Shown here: one piece after another, positions 46,765 through 56,494 of the stretch
Numbering within the stretch: position 1 is the stretch's first letter
Layout of the letters: each line of letters opens with the position of its first letter
From: Gemmatimonadales bacterium
GTDB lineage: Bacteria; Gemmatimonadota; Gemmatimonadetes; Gemmatimonadales; GWC2-71-9
Assembly (NCBI GenBank): GCA_037189525.1
Contig: JBBCJC010000001.1
Location: 704,001-768,000 of the forward strand
Direction of reading: 5' to 3'
DNA length: 64,000 nt
The notes under the pieces: generated by a model
Told to the model about the DNA's origin: nothing
Databases searched by the model: none
What the model saw: the letters and a program-made list of their open reading frames with translations, nothing else
Made by a program: the position numbers and the translations under genes

Positions 46765-47055
46765 TCAGGCAATCTCGACCGCGTCGAGCGCGGTCGCCTT
46801 GAAGGCTTCTTCGGTCCGGAGCCCGGCCGCGAAGGTCCGCAGAATCGGACCAAGCGCGTCGAGCGCCTGCCGAAACACGAGGGCGATGATCATGCTGTTC
46901 TCGCCCGGGAACACTCTGGTGCCGAAGTGCGCGCCGCTCTCGCCGCGGCCGAATACGCTCGGGATGACGGAGAACCCGCCCACGCCCTCGCGTTGCAGCA
47001 GCTCGAGCAGCTCCGCCTCACGCGCTTTCTCGACCACCATCACGAGCATCCTCAC
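46765..47055 (-). CDS. P-II-like (GlnB fold) transporter-associated protein
   Basis: 96 aa; GFSVIPSVFGRGESGAHFGTRVFPGENS; GTGA overlap with the RND gene. Confidence 0.7.
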   Translation of the reverse strand: MRMLVMVVEKAREAELLELLQREGVGGFSVIPSVFGRGESGAHFGTRVFPGENSMIIALVFRQALDALGPILRTFAAGLRTEEAFKATALDAVEIA

Positions 47056-50000
47056 GACGCCACCTCCGCATAGAGCAGGGGGATCAGGACCAGGGTGAGC
47101 AGGGTGGCCACCACGGCACCCGCCATGAGCGCCAGGCCGAGCCCCTGGAAGATCGGATCGGACACCATCACTGCCCCGCCGATCACCACGGCGGCCGCGG
47201 TGAGCACGATCGGCCGCGCCCGGATCACGCCGGCCTCAATCACCGACTCGCGCACCGAGCGGCCACGCGCCCGCTCCAACTCGGCGAAGTCGACCAGCAG
47301 AATCGAGTTGCGCACGATGATGCCGGCCAGCGCAATCATCCCGATCATCGATGTCGCGGTGAAGAACGCGCCTGCCACCGCGTGACCCGGCAGGATCCCG
47401 ATCAGCGTGAGCGGGATCGGCGCCATGATGACGAGCGGCGTCGTGAACGACTGGAACCAGGCCACCACCAGGAAGTAGATCAGCAGCAGCACGGCCGCGA
47501 ATGCGATGCCCAGATCGCGAAACACCTCGTAGGTGATTCGCCACTCGCCGTCCCAGTTGACCGAGGCCGTCTCGGTCGACGCTGCCGGGCCGCTCCAGGT
47601 GGTGGCGACTCCGGCCTCCTCGAGCAGAGGCTCCACTGCGAGCATCGCGTAGACCGGCGCCTCGATCACACCCGCGACGTCGGCGGTGACGTAGACGACC
47701 GGCTTCATGTCCTTCCGGACGCGCGGCTCCTGCCGAGCAACCGTGTCGACCGCGGCGATGGCCGCGACCGGAACGATCCCGCCGGCTCGGCTCGCCATCG
47801 GGATCCCCATGAGACCGGCCGTCCCCACCCGATCGGCAGCCGGGAGCCGCACCACGATGGGCACGGGCTCCGCGGCGAGCGGATCGTGGAGCAACCCCGC
47901 GTCGAGCCCGCCGATGCTGCGTACCGCCTGCGCTACGTCTGCACCGGTGAGCGCCGCGAACCCGGCGACGTCCGAGCGGGCCGCCACGCGGAGCTCATGG
48001 GCCGGGTCGGCGAGAGTCCAGTCGGTATCGACTACGCCGTCGGTGGCTTCGAGCGCGCGCCGGACTTCGCCCGCCACCCGGCGCCGCGTGGCGTCGTCCG
48101 GCCCGAACACCTCCGCCGTGATAGTCGCGAGCACCGGTGGACCCGGCGGGATCTCCGCCACCTTGGCCCGGGCCCCGTAGCGGGCGGCCACGTCGACCAC
48201 GATGAGCCGGAGCCGGACCGCGATCTCGTGACTCTGCGCGTCGCGCTCATGCTTGGGCGCGAGGTTGACCTGCAGGTCGGCGACCTCGGGCCCTTGGCGC
48301 AGGAAATAGTGGCGCACCAGGCCATTGAAGTTGAACGGGGCAGCGGTACCTGCGTATACCTGCACATCGCGTACGTCCGGATCGGCCAGGAACCGCTCGG
48401 CGATCTCGTGCGCCGCCCGCGAGCTGAGCTCCAGCGTGGTGCCCTCCGGGAAGTCGAGGATCACCTGCAGCTCGTTCTTGTTGTCGAAGGGCAGCATCTT
48501 GACCGTCACCGCGCGGAGCCCGATCAGCGCCACCGAGCCCAGGAGCAGCACGACAACGGCCGCATACGCCGCCCAGCGCCGCCCGCGATGCGCCAGCAGG
48601 TGCTCCAGCAGCCGCCGGTACGCACGGCCGACCCGCCCGTCCGCCGCGCCGTCCGCCATCGGCTCAGCCGGCGCATGCTCGCGCACCAGGCGGAGCGCCA
48701 GGTACGGCGTCACGATGAACGCCACCGCGAGCGAGAAGAGCATTGCCATCGACGCGCCCACCGGGATGGGCCGCATGTACGGACCCATGAGCCCGGAGAC
48801 GAACGCCATCGGCAGAATGGCAGCGATCACAGTAAAGGTGGCCAGGATCGTGGGGTTGCCCACCTCGTCGACGCCCTCTACCGCGGCCGTGGCGGGCGGT
48901 TTCGTCTTCATCCCCATGTGGCGGGCGATGTTTTCCACCACGACGATCGCGTCGTCCACCAGAATCCCGATCGCGAACACCAGGGCGAAGAGGGTGATCC
49001 GGTTGAGCGTGTAGCCCAGCAACCGGTAGACGAGCAGCGTGAGCGCAAGGGTAACCGGCACCGCCACCAGCACCACCAGCGCCTCACGCCAGCCGAGTGC
49101 AAACCAGACCAGCAGCGCCACACCCACGGTGGCGATGATGATGTGGCTCAGGAGCTCCATCGCCTTCTCGTTGGCCGTCTCGCCGTAGTTGCGGGTAACG
49201 GTGGTCTCGAGATCGGCCGGAACCAGCGCGCCGCGGAGCGACTCGACTTTGCCCAGGATCACCTCGGCTAACGAGGCAGCGTTGGTACCCGCCCGCTTCG
49301 CGATGGTGAGCGTCACGGCCGCGGCGGTGGGCGCGCCTGCCTCCAGGTGACTCACGTACCAGGCAGGCTCCGCCGGGCCATCGCTGACTCGTGCCACGTC
49401 GCCGAGTCGCACGCCACGGCCCTGGTGCACCGCCACCAGCACCCCGGCCACATCCTCCGCGCTCCCGAGCAGGCGCCCCGCCCGCACCGGCAGGCTGCGG
49501 TTGTCGGCCAGCACGGCGCCGGCAGGCAGCACGAGGTTCGCACCGCCCAGGGCTCCGACCAGCCGGTCGAGCGAGAGGCCGTGCGCAGCGAGTTGCGCCG
49601 CATCCGGCTCCACCAGGAGCACCCGCGGCGCTCCCCCGATCACCTCGACCTCGGCCACGTTGGGAATCCGCTGGATCTCGTTCCGCAGCTCCGCGGCCAC
49701 CCGCCGGAGCTGGACTTCGTCGTAGCCGCCGCCATGCAGCGTGAGCGCCAGCACGGGCACCTCGTCGATGGTGTGCAGGCGAACCAGCGCCGGCGTGCCC
49801 GACAGCTTGGCAAAGACCTTGACGACGCTCTCCTCCGGATCGTCGCCCACGGCAAAGCGGACCGTGATCATCCCGCCGTCCGCGGTGGCCGTGCTGTAGA
49901 GGTGCTCGACCCCGCCGATTTCCCAGAGCCGCCGTTCCACGGGCTCGATCAGCCGGCACTCCACCTCTTCCGGCGTGGCACCGGGCGCGGCGAGGAAGAC

Positions 50001-50153
50001 GTCGATCATCGGCACGCTGATCTGGGGCTCTTCCTCACGCGGCGTGGTGAGCACGCCGCCCAGGCCGGCCACCAGCGACGCGACGATCAGGAGCGGCGTC
50101 AGCTTGCTCTGCAGGAACGCCTGGGCCACCCGGCCCGAGAATCCCGTTTTCAT
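47052..50153 (-). CDS. RND efflux permease (AcrB/CusA superfamily)
   Basis: PREEEPQI, GILVDDAIVVVENI, LPFDNKNE, GIIVRNSILLVDF, RARPIVLT; 1033 aa. Confidence 0.92.
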   Translation of the reverse strand: MKTGFSGRVAQAFLQSKLTPLLIVASLVAGLGGVLTTPREEEPQISVPMIDVFLAAPGATPEEVECRLIEPVERRLWEIGGVEHLYSTATADGGMITVRFAVGDDPEESVVKVFAKLSGTPALVRLHTIDEVPVLALTLHGGGYDEVQLRRVAAELRNEIQRIPNVAEVEVIGGAPRVLLVEPDAAQLAAHGLSLDRLVGALGGANLVLPAGAVLADNRSLPVRAGRLLGSAEDVAGVLVAVHQGRGVRLGDVARVSDGPAEPAWYVSHLEAGAPTAAAVTLTIAKRAGTNAASLAEVILGKVESLRGALVPADLETTVTRNYGETANEKAMELLSHIIIATVGVALLVWFALGWREALVVLVAVPVTLALTLLVYRLLGYTLNRITLFALVFAIGILVDDAIVVVENIARHMGMKTKPPATAAVEGVDEVGNPTILATFTVIAAILPMAFVSGLMGPYMRPIPVGASMAMLFSLAVAFIVTPYLALRLVREHAPAEPMADGAADGRVGRAYRRLLEHLLAHRGRRWAAYAAVVVLLLGSVALIGLRAVTVKMLPFDNKNELQVILDFPEGTTLELSSRAAHEIAERFLADPDVRDVQVYAGTAAPFNFNGLVRHYFLRQGPEVADLQVNLAPKHERDAQSHEIAVRLRLIVVDVAARYGARAKVAEIPPGPPVLATITAEVFGPDDATRRRVAGEVRRALEATDGVVDTDWTLADPAHELRVAARSDVAGFAALTGADVAQAVRSIGGLDAGLLHDPLAAEPVPIVVRLPAADRVGTAGLMGIPMASRAGGIVPVAAIAAVDTVARQEPRVRKDMKPVVYVTADVAGVIEAPVYAMLAVEPLLEEAGVATTWSGPAASTETASVNWDGEWRITYEVFRDLGIAFAAVLLLIYFLVVAWFQSFTTPLVIMAPIPLTLIGILPGHAVAGAFFTATSMIGMIALAGIIVRNSILLVDFAELERARGRSVRESVIEAGVIRARPIVLTAAAVVIGGAVMVSDPIFQGLGLALMAGAVVATLLTLVLIPLLYAEVAS

Positions 50154-51187
50154 GATGCCCCGCCGCTTTCCGCGCCTGTGGGATACACCCGGACGCCGTC
50201 CCGCACCCGCGCGGGCTCGGTCACCACCACGTCGCCAGCCACGAGGCCGCTGGTCACGATTACGTCGTCGCCGTCCGCTCGGCCCAGCCGGATCCAGCGG
50301 AGCCGCGCCGTCGAGTCCGCGCCGACCAGATACACCCCGGTGAGCTCGCCGCGCGCGACGACCGCCGAACGGGGAATCGACGGCTGCGCAGCACGGCGGC
50401 CGGCCATGGGGACCTCCACGATCGCGACCTGACCCGGCACGAGCGGACCGCGCGCCGTGAGCCGCACCTCCATCGTCCGGCTCAGCGGATCGGCCGACGC
50501 CACCACCGCGGCCACCGTGGCCGTCACGGGCTCACGCTCCGGACCGATCAGGGCGGTGAGCGTGCGGCCGGATCCGAGCCCGCGCGCGACCGCCTCCGGC
50601 ACGCCGGCTACGATCTCGCGTACGCCGGCATCCTCCACCACGAGGAGCGGCTGGCCCGGCGCTGCCAGGTCGCCAGGATCGGCGTACCGCGCGGCGATCA
50701 CCCCGTCGAAGGGCGCGACGATCGAGGCATACCCCAGCTCCGCAGTGGCCGCGTCGGTTTGCCCCTGGGCCTGCGCGAACGTCGCGCGGGCCGCTTCCAG
50801 CTGCGCCAGCGGCACCGCGCTGTCGGCGTAGAGCCGCTCCATCCGGTTGAGGTTGGCGGTCGCGAGCTCGAGCCCGGCGGCCGCCTGGCTTCCGGCCGCG
50901 GAGACGGCGCCGCGCTCCAGCGTCGCCAGCATCTGCCCGCTCCGCACCCGGTCGCCGGCGCGGACCCGGATGGTCTCGATCCGAGCCATCATCCGTGTCG
51001 CAAGCTCCGCACGACGCGCCGCACGGACGGTGCCCGCCGCGCGATAGGTTTCGAGCCCGGCGGAATCGCCCAGCCGTACGGTCGGCACCGCGACGGGCGG
51101 CCCGGCTTCCACCGGAGCGGCGTCGGGATGATCGATACACCCGATGCCCAACATCAGCATCGGCAGCAACAACACGGTCCGCTTCAC
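50150..51187 (-). CDS. RND periplasmic adaptor (membrane fusion protein), lipoprotein
   Basis: Lipobox IGC; VRAGDRVRSGQ, IVAPFDGVI...PGDLAAPGQPL, SGLVAGD. Confidence 0.9.
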   Translation of the reverse strand: MKRTVLLLPMLMLGIGCIDHPDAAPVEAGPPVAVPTVRLGDSAGLETYRAAGTVRAARRAELATRMMARIETIRVRAGDRVRSGQMLATLERGAVSAAGSQAAAGLELATANLNRMERLYADSAVPLAQLEAARATFAQAQGQTDAATAELGYASIVAPFDGVIAARYADPGDLAAPGQPLLVVEDAGVREIVAGVPEAVARGLGSGRTLTALIGPEREPVTATVAAVVASADPLSRTMEVRLTARGPLVPGQVAIVEVPMAGRRAAQPSIPRSAVVARGELTGVYLVGADSTARLRWIRLGRADGDDVIVTSGLVAGDVVVTEPARVRDGVRVYPTGAESGGAS

Positions 51188-52488
51188 GGATTCCCTCCCT
51201 TGGCGACGGCCACCTGGGCCTGCGCGAGACGAGCATGGTAGAGTGCATCCAGCCGGCTCTGCCGCTGCGCCGACTCGGCGGCGCGGATGGCGAGCAGCTC
51301 GGAGATGGTGCCGGCGCCGCCGGCGTACCGGGTCGCGGCCACACGGGCGGCTTGCGCGGCCTGCTCGAGCGCACGATCCGCCGCAGCAAGCGCCGTCTCC
51401 GCAGCCGCCAGCCGCGCTTCCGCAGCACGTACTTCGGCGAGCGCATTCCGCTCGGCCGTGGCGAGGTCCTCACGAGCCCGGTCCCGCCCGGCGCGGGCGC
51501 GATCGATCTCGGCCGCTTCCCGGAGCCCGCGGAACGGGGTCCAGCGGACGACGACGCCGGCGGTCCAGCGGGCCGGACCGGTCACGGCGGACAAGGCATG
51601 GTCGTGAAAGGCCACCGAGCCGAACGCGCCGGCGGTCGGGAGCCGCTCCGCCCGGGCGCGGGCGAGATTTGCCTGTTGTGCATCGAGCACGGCGTCGAGC
51701 GCGGCCAGATCGGCCCGCGACCCGCTCTCGGACGCAGACGCGGCGATCGTGAGCGGATCGAGGAGCTCGACCGCCTGCCCCGGCTGCTCGCCCAGCAGCA
51801 CGAGCAGCCGGTCGGTCGCCTCGATCCGCCCGGCCTCCGCGATGGCGCGGGCCGCCTCGAGCTCGCTCGTTCGGGCTACGGCCAGTTGCTCGTCGACCAG
51901 CGTCACCAGACCCTCTCGCCGAAACAAGCGGACCTGGCGGAGCGTCTCCCCGGCAGCACCGAGCGCCGTATCGAGCGTGGCGACCCGAGCCGAGGCCAGC
52001 ACGGCGCCGTAGTACGCGGCCAGCGCATCGAAGGCGGCCAGCTGCTCGACCCGGGTCTCCATCCGCCTGGCCGCTTCCACACCGGCATAGGCTGCGCGCC
52101 TGCCGAGCCATCCTGAGGGCGCGATGAGCGGCTGTTCGACGGTGACCCCCAGACTGACATTGGAGACGGCGTTGGGATGATTGAGGGCGTCCAACGCGAG
52201 GTCGGGACCGCTGAAAACACCCTGCCGCAGCTTGGCGCCGAAGGCCGCAACGGGATCGTCGCTTCGGAGCCAACTCCACTCCGCACCGACGGCAGGCAGG
52301 AACACCGCAGCGGAGCCCCGCGCGTCGGCTTCTCGAGCCCGTCGCTCGGCGCGAATGCCTGTCAGCTGCGGATGATGGACGCGCGCCCGCGCCGTCGCGT
52401 CCACCAGACCAAGCCGGAGCGGCGGCTGCGCGTGGGCAGACCCGGCAACCACGGCCAGCAACGAAGCGGTCAGGACTGCGCGTCGCAT
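51184..52488 (-). CDS. TolC family outer-membrane factor
   Basis: Signal peptide from ATG 52488 (GTG 52500 possible); FLPAV, EQPL, RLPT, RYAGG...SELL. Confidence 0.85.
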   Translation of the reverse strand: MRRAVLTASLLAVVAGSAHAQPPLRLGLVDATARARVHHPQLTGIRAERRAREADARGSAAVFLPAVGAEWSWLRSDDPVAAFGAKLRQGVFSGPDLALDALNHPNAVSNVSLGVTVEQPLIAPSGWLGRRAAYAGVEAARRMETRVEQLAAFDALAAYYGAVLASARVATLDTALGAAGETLRQVRLFRREGLVTLVDEQLAVARTSELEAARAIAEAGRIEATDRLLVLLGEQPGQAVELLDPLTIAASASESGSRADLAALDAVLDAQQANLARARAERLPTAGAFGSVAFHDHALSAVTGPARWTAGVVVRWTPFRGLREAAEIDRARAGRDRAREDLATAERNALAEVRAAEARLAAAETALAAADRALEQAAQAARVAATRYAGGAGTISELLAIRAAESAQRQSRLDALYHARLAQAQVAVAKGGNP

Positions 52489-52784
52489 TTGCGGATACAC
52501 TCGAGGATGTGATGGACCTTGGGCTCGACCACCCTATATCGAACGTGCTGCCCGTCCTTGCGGGCGCTGACGACCTGGTGGCGACGGAGCCGGCTCAAAT
52601 GCTGGGAACAGATGGCCTGTTCCAGGTCGCAGATCTCACAGATCTCCGAAACCGACCGCTCCGTTCCCTCGAGCGCCTCGACGATTTTGAGCCGCTCCGG
52701 ATGGCCGAGCAGCTTGATGATCGACGCTGCCCGCTGGAGCATGGCGGGGTCGATTCCCCGGACGAGTGCTTTGGCTTTCGACAT
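52470..52784 (-). CDS. ArsR/SmtB family transcriptional repressor with five Cys
   Basis: ATG 52784 after AAAGGAG; KLLGHPERLKIVEAL, SVSEI, SQHL..LR, RKDGQ.VRY, ILECIRKC. Confidence 0.9.
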   Translation of the reverse strand: MSKAKALVRGIDPAMLQRAASIIKLLGHPERLKIVEALEGTERSVSEICEICDLEQAICSQHLSRLRRHQVVSARKDGQHVRYRVVEPKVHHILECIRKCDAQS

Positions 52785-52804
52785 AACGATCTCCTTTACA
52801 TAGA

Positions 52805-52835
52805 ACATAGTATATACACTATATAAATCTGTCAA
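52805..52835 (-). promoter_or_regulatory. sigma70 promoter with overlapping ArsR-type palindromic operator
   Basis: Minus strand TTGACA (52835-52830)-N17-TACTAT (52812-52807); imperfect palindrome ACATAGTATATACACTATAT (52805-52824). Confidence 0.75.
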
Positions 52836-52911
52836 TCTCTTACAGGTCCCGTACGCTTTGGCCGGCCGCATGCCTGGCGCGCCGTTCCGGCCTGCCGCAA
52901 GCTTGTAGGCC

Positions 52912-54555
52912 ATGGCCAAGCCTTCGCCCCTGACCCGCTTCGGCAGTCGCCCCGGCTGGCTCGGCGCCCTCCTGCTGTTCGCGACCCTCGGCCTGGCCGG
53001 CATCCTGGGTCTGGAAGCGGCGCGGGCGGCACGCTCCCACCGCAGCATCGCCGAAGGCACCTTGCGGCACTACGCCACGATTGCGGCGTGGCAGTACGCC
53101 CGACAGGGACGGATCTGGCTGAGTTGGGGGATGAACGAAGCGGCGGCCGCAGTGGGCAACGCACTGCCCGCACCCGGACGCGCGCTGCCCGGCCCCGACC
53201 TGCTGCGCCGTGTCCTGGCCGAGAAGGAGTGCGACTGCATGTCGGCCGGCTTCGCGCGAACCACCTTCCGGGCAACGTTAGGCAGCGCGCCCGAACTGCT
53301 GACGGACGGTGTTCCGCTTCCGGCGCCCGTCGGCCGGCGCTTGATCGCGATCTTTGCCGAAGACTCCGTGGCACGTCGAGGTCCGCGCTCGTGGCGGATC
53401 CTGCCTCCCGGCGTTCCCGATCTCGAGCACGGAGACGATGTCGTCCTTGCCTGGATCATTGCCGACCGCGGCGTTCCGCTGATCTATGGCATGGTGGTCG
53501 AAGCCGCCCAGATCCGGCGCCCGCTCGAAGGCGCCCTCGGCGACGCCGAGTTCTTCCCGCCCGCGATGACCGGCGGTGTCCGGGCCGACTCGCTGATGCA
53601 AATCCATGTCGAGGGCGACAACGGCGCATCGCTGCTCGGCACCCGATCGCCGACGGCGCTGTATAGCGGCATCGATACACTGGGTGTGCTCTACGGCGGC
53701 CTCACGGTTACCGCTTCGATCGAGCCCGGGGTCGCCTCGATGCTCGTGGGCGGCGGGGTGCCTTCAGCGCGGCTGCCGCAGATCGGCATCCTGTTCGCGT
53801 TGACTCTGGCCGTCGGCGCGGCCGCTCTGATCCTGCTACGGCGAGAACAGCAGTTGGCGCACCTCCGCGACGACTTCGTCTCGGGTGTTTCCCACGAATT
53901 GCGCACGCCCCTGACCCAGGTGCGGATGCTGAGCGAGTTGCTGCAGACGGACGGCTTCCGCACCGAGCCTGAACGGGCTCGAGCCATTGCCATCATCCAT
54001 CGTGAGGCCCTTCGTCTGACCAACCTGGTGGACAACATCCTTCAGTTTGCCAGGCTGCGCAGGAAGCCGGCTCCACCCGCCTCGACCGCGGTGCCGCTGA
54101 CCCCACTGTTGGAGGAGACCAGAGACATCCTGGAACCGCTGGCCCAGGCCGGAGCAACCTCGATCGTGCTCGACCTCGACGGGCCGCTGACCGTTCAGAG
54201 CGATCGCGAGGGGATTGCCAGGATCGTGCGCAACCTGCTCGAAAATGCTATCAAGTACGGACGACCGGGCCAGACGGTGCGTATTGCCGCGACCGCGACC
54301 CATCCGGGCATTCGTATTACCGTCGACGATCAGGGACCCGGGGTTCCAGTCGAAGAACGTCTGCGCATCTGGCAGCCGTACTATCGGCTCGAGCGGCACC
54401 GTAATGCGGCAATCGGCGGCAGCGGCCTCGGCTTGTCGGTAGTGACCGAGCTGGTCGAGGCGCTCCAGGGCCGCGCCTGGGTCGAAGACGCGCCCGGTGG
54501 CGGCGCCCGTTTCGTCGTGGAGTTGCCCGACGCCAACGGAGCGCCGAGCCCGTGA
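52912..54555 (+). CDS. Membrane sensor histidine kinase (HisKA/HATPase)
   Basis: Two TM segments; SHELRTPL, NLLENAIKY, DQGPG, GSGLGL. Confidence 0.92.
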   Translation: MAKPSPLTRFGSRPGWLGALLLFATLGLAGILGLEAARAARSHRSIAEGTLRHYATIAAWQYARQGRIWLSWGMNEAAAAVGNALPAPGRALPGPDLLRRVLAEKECDCMSAGFARTTFRATLGSAPELLTDGVPLPAPVGRRLIAIFAEDSVARRGPRSWRILPPGVPDLEHGDDVVLAWIIADRGVPLIYGMVVEAAQIRRPLEGALGDAEFFPPAMTGGVRADSLMQIHVEGDNGASLLGTRSPTALYSGIDTLGVLYGGLTVTASIEPGVASMLVGGGVPSARLPQIGILFALTLAVGAAALILLRREQQLAHLRDDFVSGVSHELRTPLTQVRMLSELLQTDGFRTEPERARAIAIIHREALRLTNLVDNILQFARLRRKPAPPASTAVPLTPLLEETRDILEPLAQAGATSIVLDLDGPLTVQSDREGIARIVRNLLENAIKYGRPGQTVRIAATATHPGIRITVDDQGPGVPVEERLRIWQPYYRLERHRNAAIGGSGLGLSVVTELVEALQGRAWVEDAPGGGARFVVELPDANGAPSP

Positions 54556-55238
54556 CCCGGCTCCTGGTGATCGAGGACAACGAGGACCTCGCCTTCGGGC
54601 TCGAGACCGCGTTCGAGAACGAAGGGTTTACCGTCGAGATCGCGGGTAACGGGTCGACCGGACTCGAGCGGGTCCGCCGCGGCGGGATCGACCTCGTCGT
54701 GCTCGACCTGATGCTGCCACGGCTCGACGGCTATCGCGTGCTCCGTTCGCTGCGCATCGACGACCCCGACGTGCCCGTCCTGGTCCTCACCGCCAAGGGC
54801 GAAGAGGCCAACAAGGTCCAGGCCTTCGCGCTCGGCGCGGACGACTACGTCACCAAGCCGTTCGGCACGCTGGAGCTGATCGCCCGGGTGCACGCCCTGC
54901 TCCGGCGCGCGAGCCGCCGCGACGGCCCGCCGCCCCCGTCGGTCGAGCGCTTCGGTGAAATCGAGATCAACCCGGCCTCGCGCACCGCCTACCGCGCCGG
55001 CCGAGAGGTGTCGCTGACACCGCGCGAGTTCGACCTGCTGCTGGCGCTGCTCCGGCGAAACGGCGCCGTCGGCTCGCGCGCCGACCTGCTCCGGGAGGTT
55101 TGGGAGTACGGCGCGGACGTGATGTCGCGCACCGTGGATATCCACATCGCCGAGTTGCGGCGCAAGCTGGAGATCGACCCCGCCAACCCCCGCCACATCC
55201 TCACCGTCTGGAAAGTGGGCTACCGGCTCGAGCGCTGA
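54552..55238 (+). CDS. OmpR/PhoB family response regulator
   Basis: IEDN, LDLMLP, LTAK, DDYVTKPF, RTVDIHIAELRRKLE, VWKVGYR. Confidence 0.95.
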   Translation: MTRLLVIEDNEDLAFGLETAFENEGFTVEIAGNGSTGLERVRRGGIDLVVLDLMLPRLDGYRVLRSLRIDDPDVPVLVLTAKGEEANKVQAFALGADDYVTKPFGTLELIARVHALLRRASRRDGPPPPSVERFGEIEINPASRTAYRAGREVSLTPREFDLLLALLRRNGAVGSRADLLREVWEYGADVMSRTVDIHIAELRRKLEIDPANPRHILTVWKVGYRLER

Positions 55239-55360
55239 GCACGCGACCGGTTCTTACGCTGACAGAATCCTTACACTCCCCGAACTGCCCTCCGACCTTT
55301 GGGGCGGTGGGTCCACCGATGTTTGCTGACCGGTGGTCGAAACCCAATCGAGGAGGTCCC

Positions 55361-55903
55361 ATGCAACCCACGACCATGATCTGGCCCATTGCGGCGGCGC
55401 TCGCCTGGGCATCGATCGAATCGCCTCCGAGTTGGCGGTCTGAGGCGCCGGCGCCAGAACTCAACTCGGTCCGCGAGTACGAATCGACGCCATCGCCCGT
55501 CGACGCCATTTCGTCCGACGCCCCTCCGCCCTGGAAAGATGCCCTCCTCACCGCACGGGAAGCCGTCTGGCGCGATTTCTTCGGCGCGCCCGATGCACTG
55601 GCAGCCGTGCTCACCGAGGACTTCATCGCGATCAACAGCGGCGGCCCCTGGCGGAACCGCGCGGAAACCATCGCGGACTCGCGCGAAGCCCGAGCCGCCG
55701 GCAGCGTGCTCACCGAACTGGTCTTTCCCGAGACCCGGGTCCAGCGCTACGGCGACGTCGCGATCATCTACACCACCTACCGGTTCACCGTGAAGCGCGG
55801 GAGCGCGGAGCCGACCACCTCCGCCGGCCGCGCCACCGAGATGTTCCGGCTGGTCGGAAGCCGCTGGCTACACACGGGGTGGCACCTCGACGAGGCGGAG
55901 TAA
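55361..55903 (+). CDS. Exported NTF2-like (DUF4440/SnoaL-type) protein
   Basis: ATG 55361 after GAGGAGG; signal-like N-terminus; L..VLTEDF...VQRYGDVAI...GRATEMF...W...H pattern. Confidence 0.75.
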   Translation: MQPTTMIWPIAAALAWASIESPPSWRSEAPAPELNSVREYESTPSPVDAISSDAPPPWKDALLTAREAVWRDFFGAPDALAAVLTEDFIAINSGGPWRNRAETIADSREARAAGSVLTELVFPETRVQRYGDVAIIYTTYRFTVKRGSAEPTTSAGRATEMFRLVGSRWLHTGWHLDEAE

Positions 55904-55999
55904 CCGAGCCCCTGTCGTTGGTCGCGAAGCACCAAATCGAACGCCGAATGCGCACCGAGCAAGACCAGTACACATGACCACCCTCACGCCGAGGATACC

Positions 56000-56494
56000 A
56001 TGCACGCGCTCCGACCAGTTCGCATCACTCTTCCGCTGCTGCTCATTGGTACAATGTCTTGCCTCCAGGCTCAGACATCGCCCGCGTCGTCCCAATCCAT
56101 CGAAGCTCTGCACGGCGGGTTCGTGGAGGTAGCCGGATGGATCACCGAAGCGGGCAAACGGGTCCCCGCCGCGCAATACGACTATCGCCCGGCCGAATCG
56201 GTGCGTACCCTGGGACAGCTCATCGGCCACATCGCCGACGGCAACGCCTTTTTCTGCGGCAAGGCGGCGGGTGGCAACCCCGAGTGGGCGGAGACGGTCG
56301 CTCTCTCGGGTGCGGGCAAGGACGAACTACTGCAGAAGCTCGAGGCGTCGATCGCCGCATGCACCAAGGCATATCATGCCAGTAACGCTGCCCGGGTTAG
56401 AGAGCTGGTCACCAATCTCGGCCATGCCAGTCTCCACTACGGCAATCTGGTGACGTATCTGCGCATGCTGGGCATTACGCCGCCGTCGAGCTGA
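56000..56494 (+). CDS. DinB/YfiT-like protein with signal peptide
   Basis: YDYRP..SVRTLGQLIGHIAD, HASLHYGNLVTYLRMLGITPP. Confidence 0.85.
   Translation: MHALRPVRITLPLLLIGTMSCLQAQTSPASSQSIEALHGGFVEVAGWITEAGKRVPAAQYDYRPAESVRTLGQLIGHIADGNAFFCGKAAGGNPEWAETVALSGAGKDELLQKLEASIAACTKAYHASNAARVRELVTNLGHASLHYGNLVTYLRMLGITPPSS

Noticed and set aside
47382..49271. Long antisense ORFs (also 32997-34772 and 61092-62993)
   Set aside because: They mirror well-supported genes on the other strand and have no motifs; expected from GC-rich codon bias.
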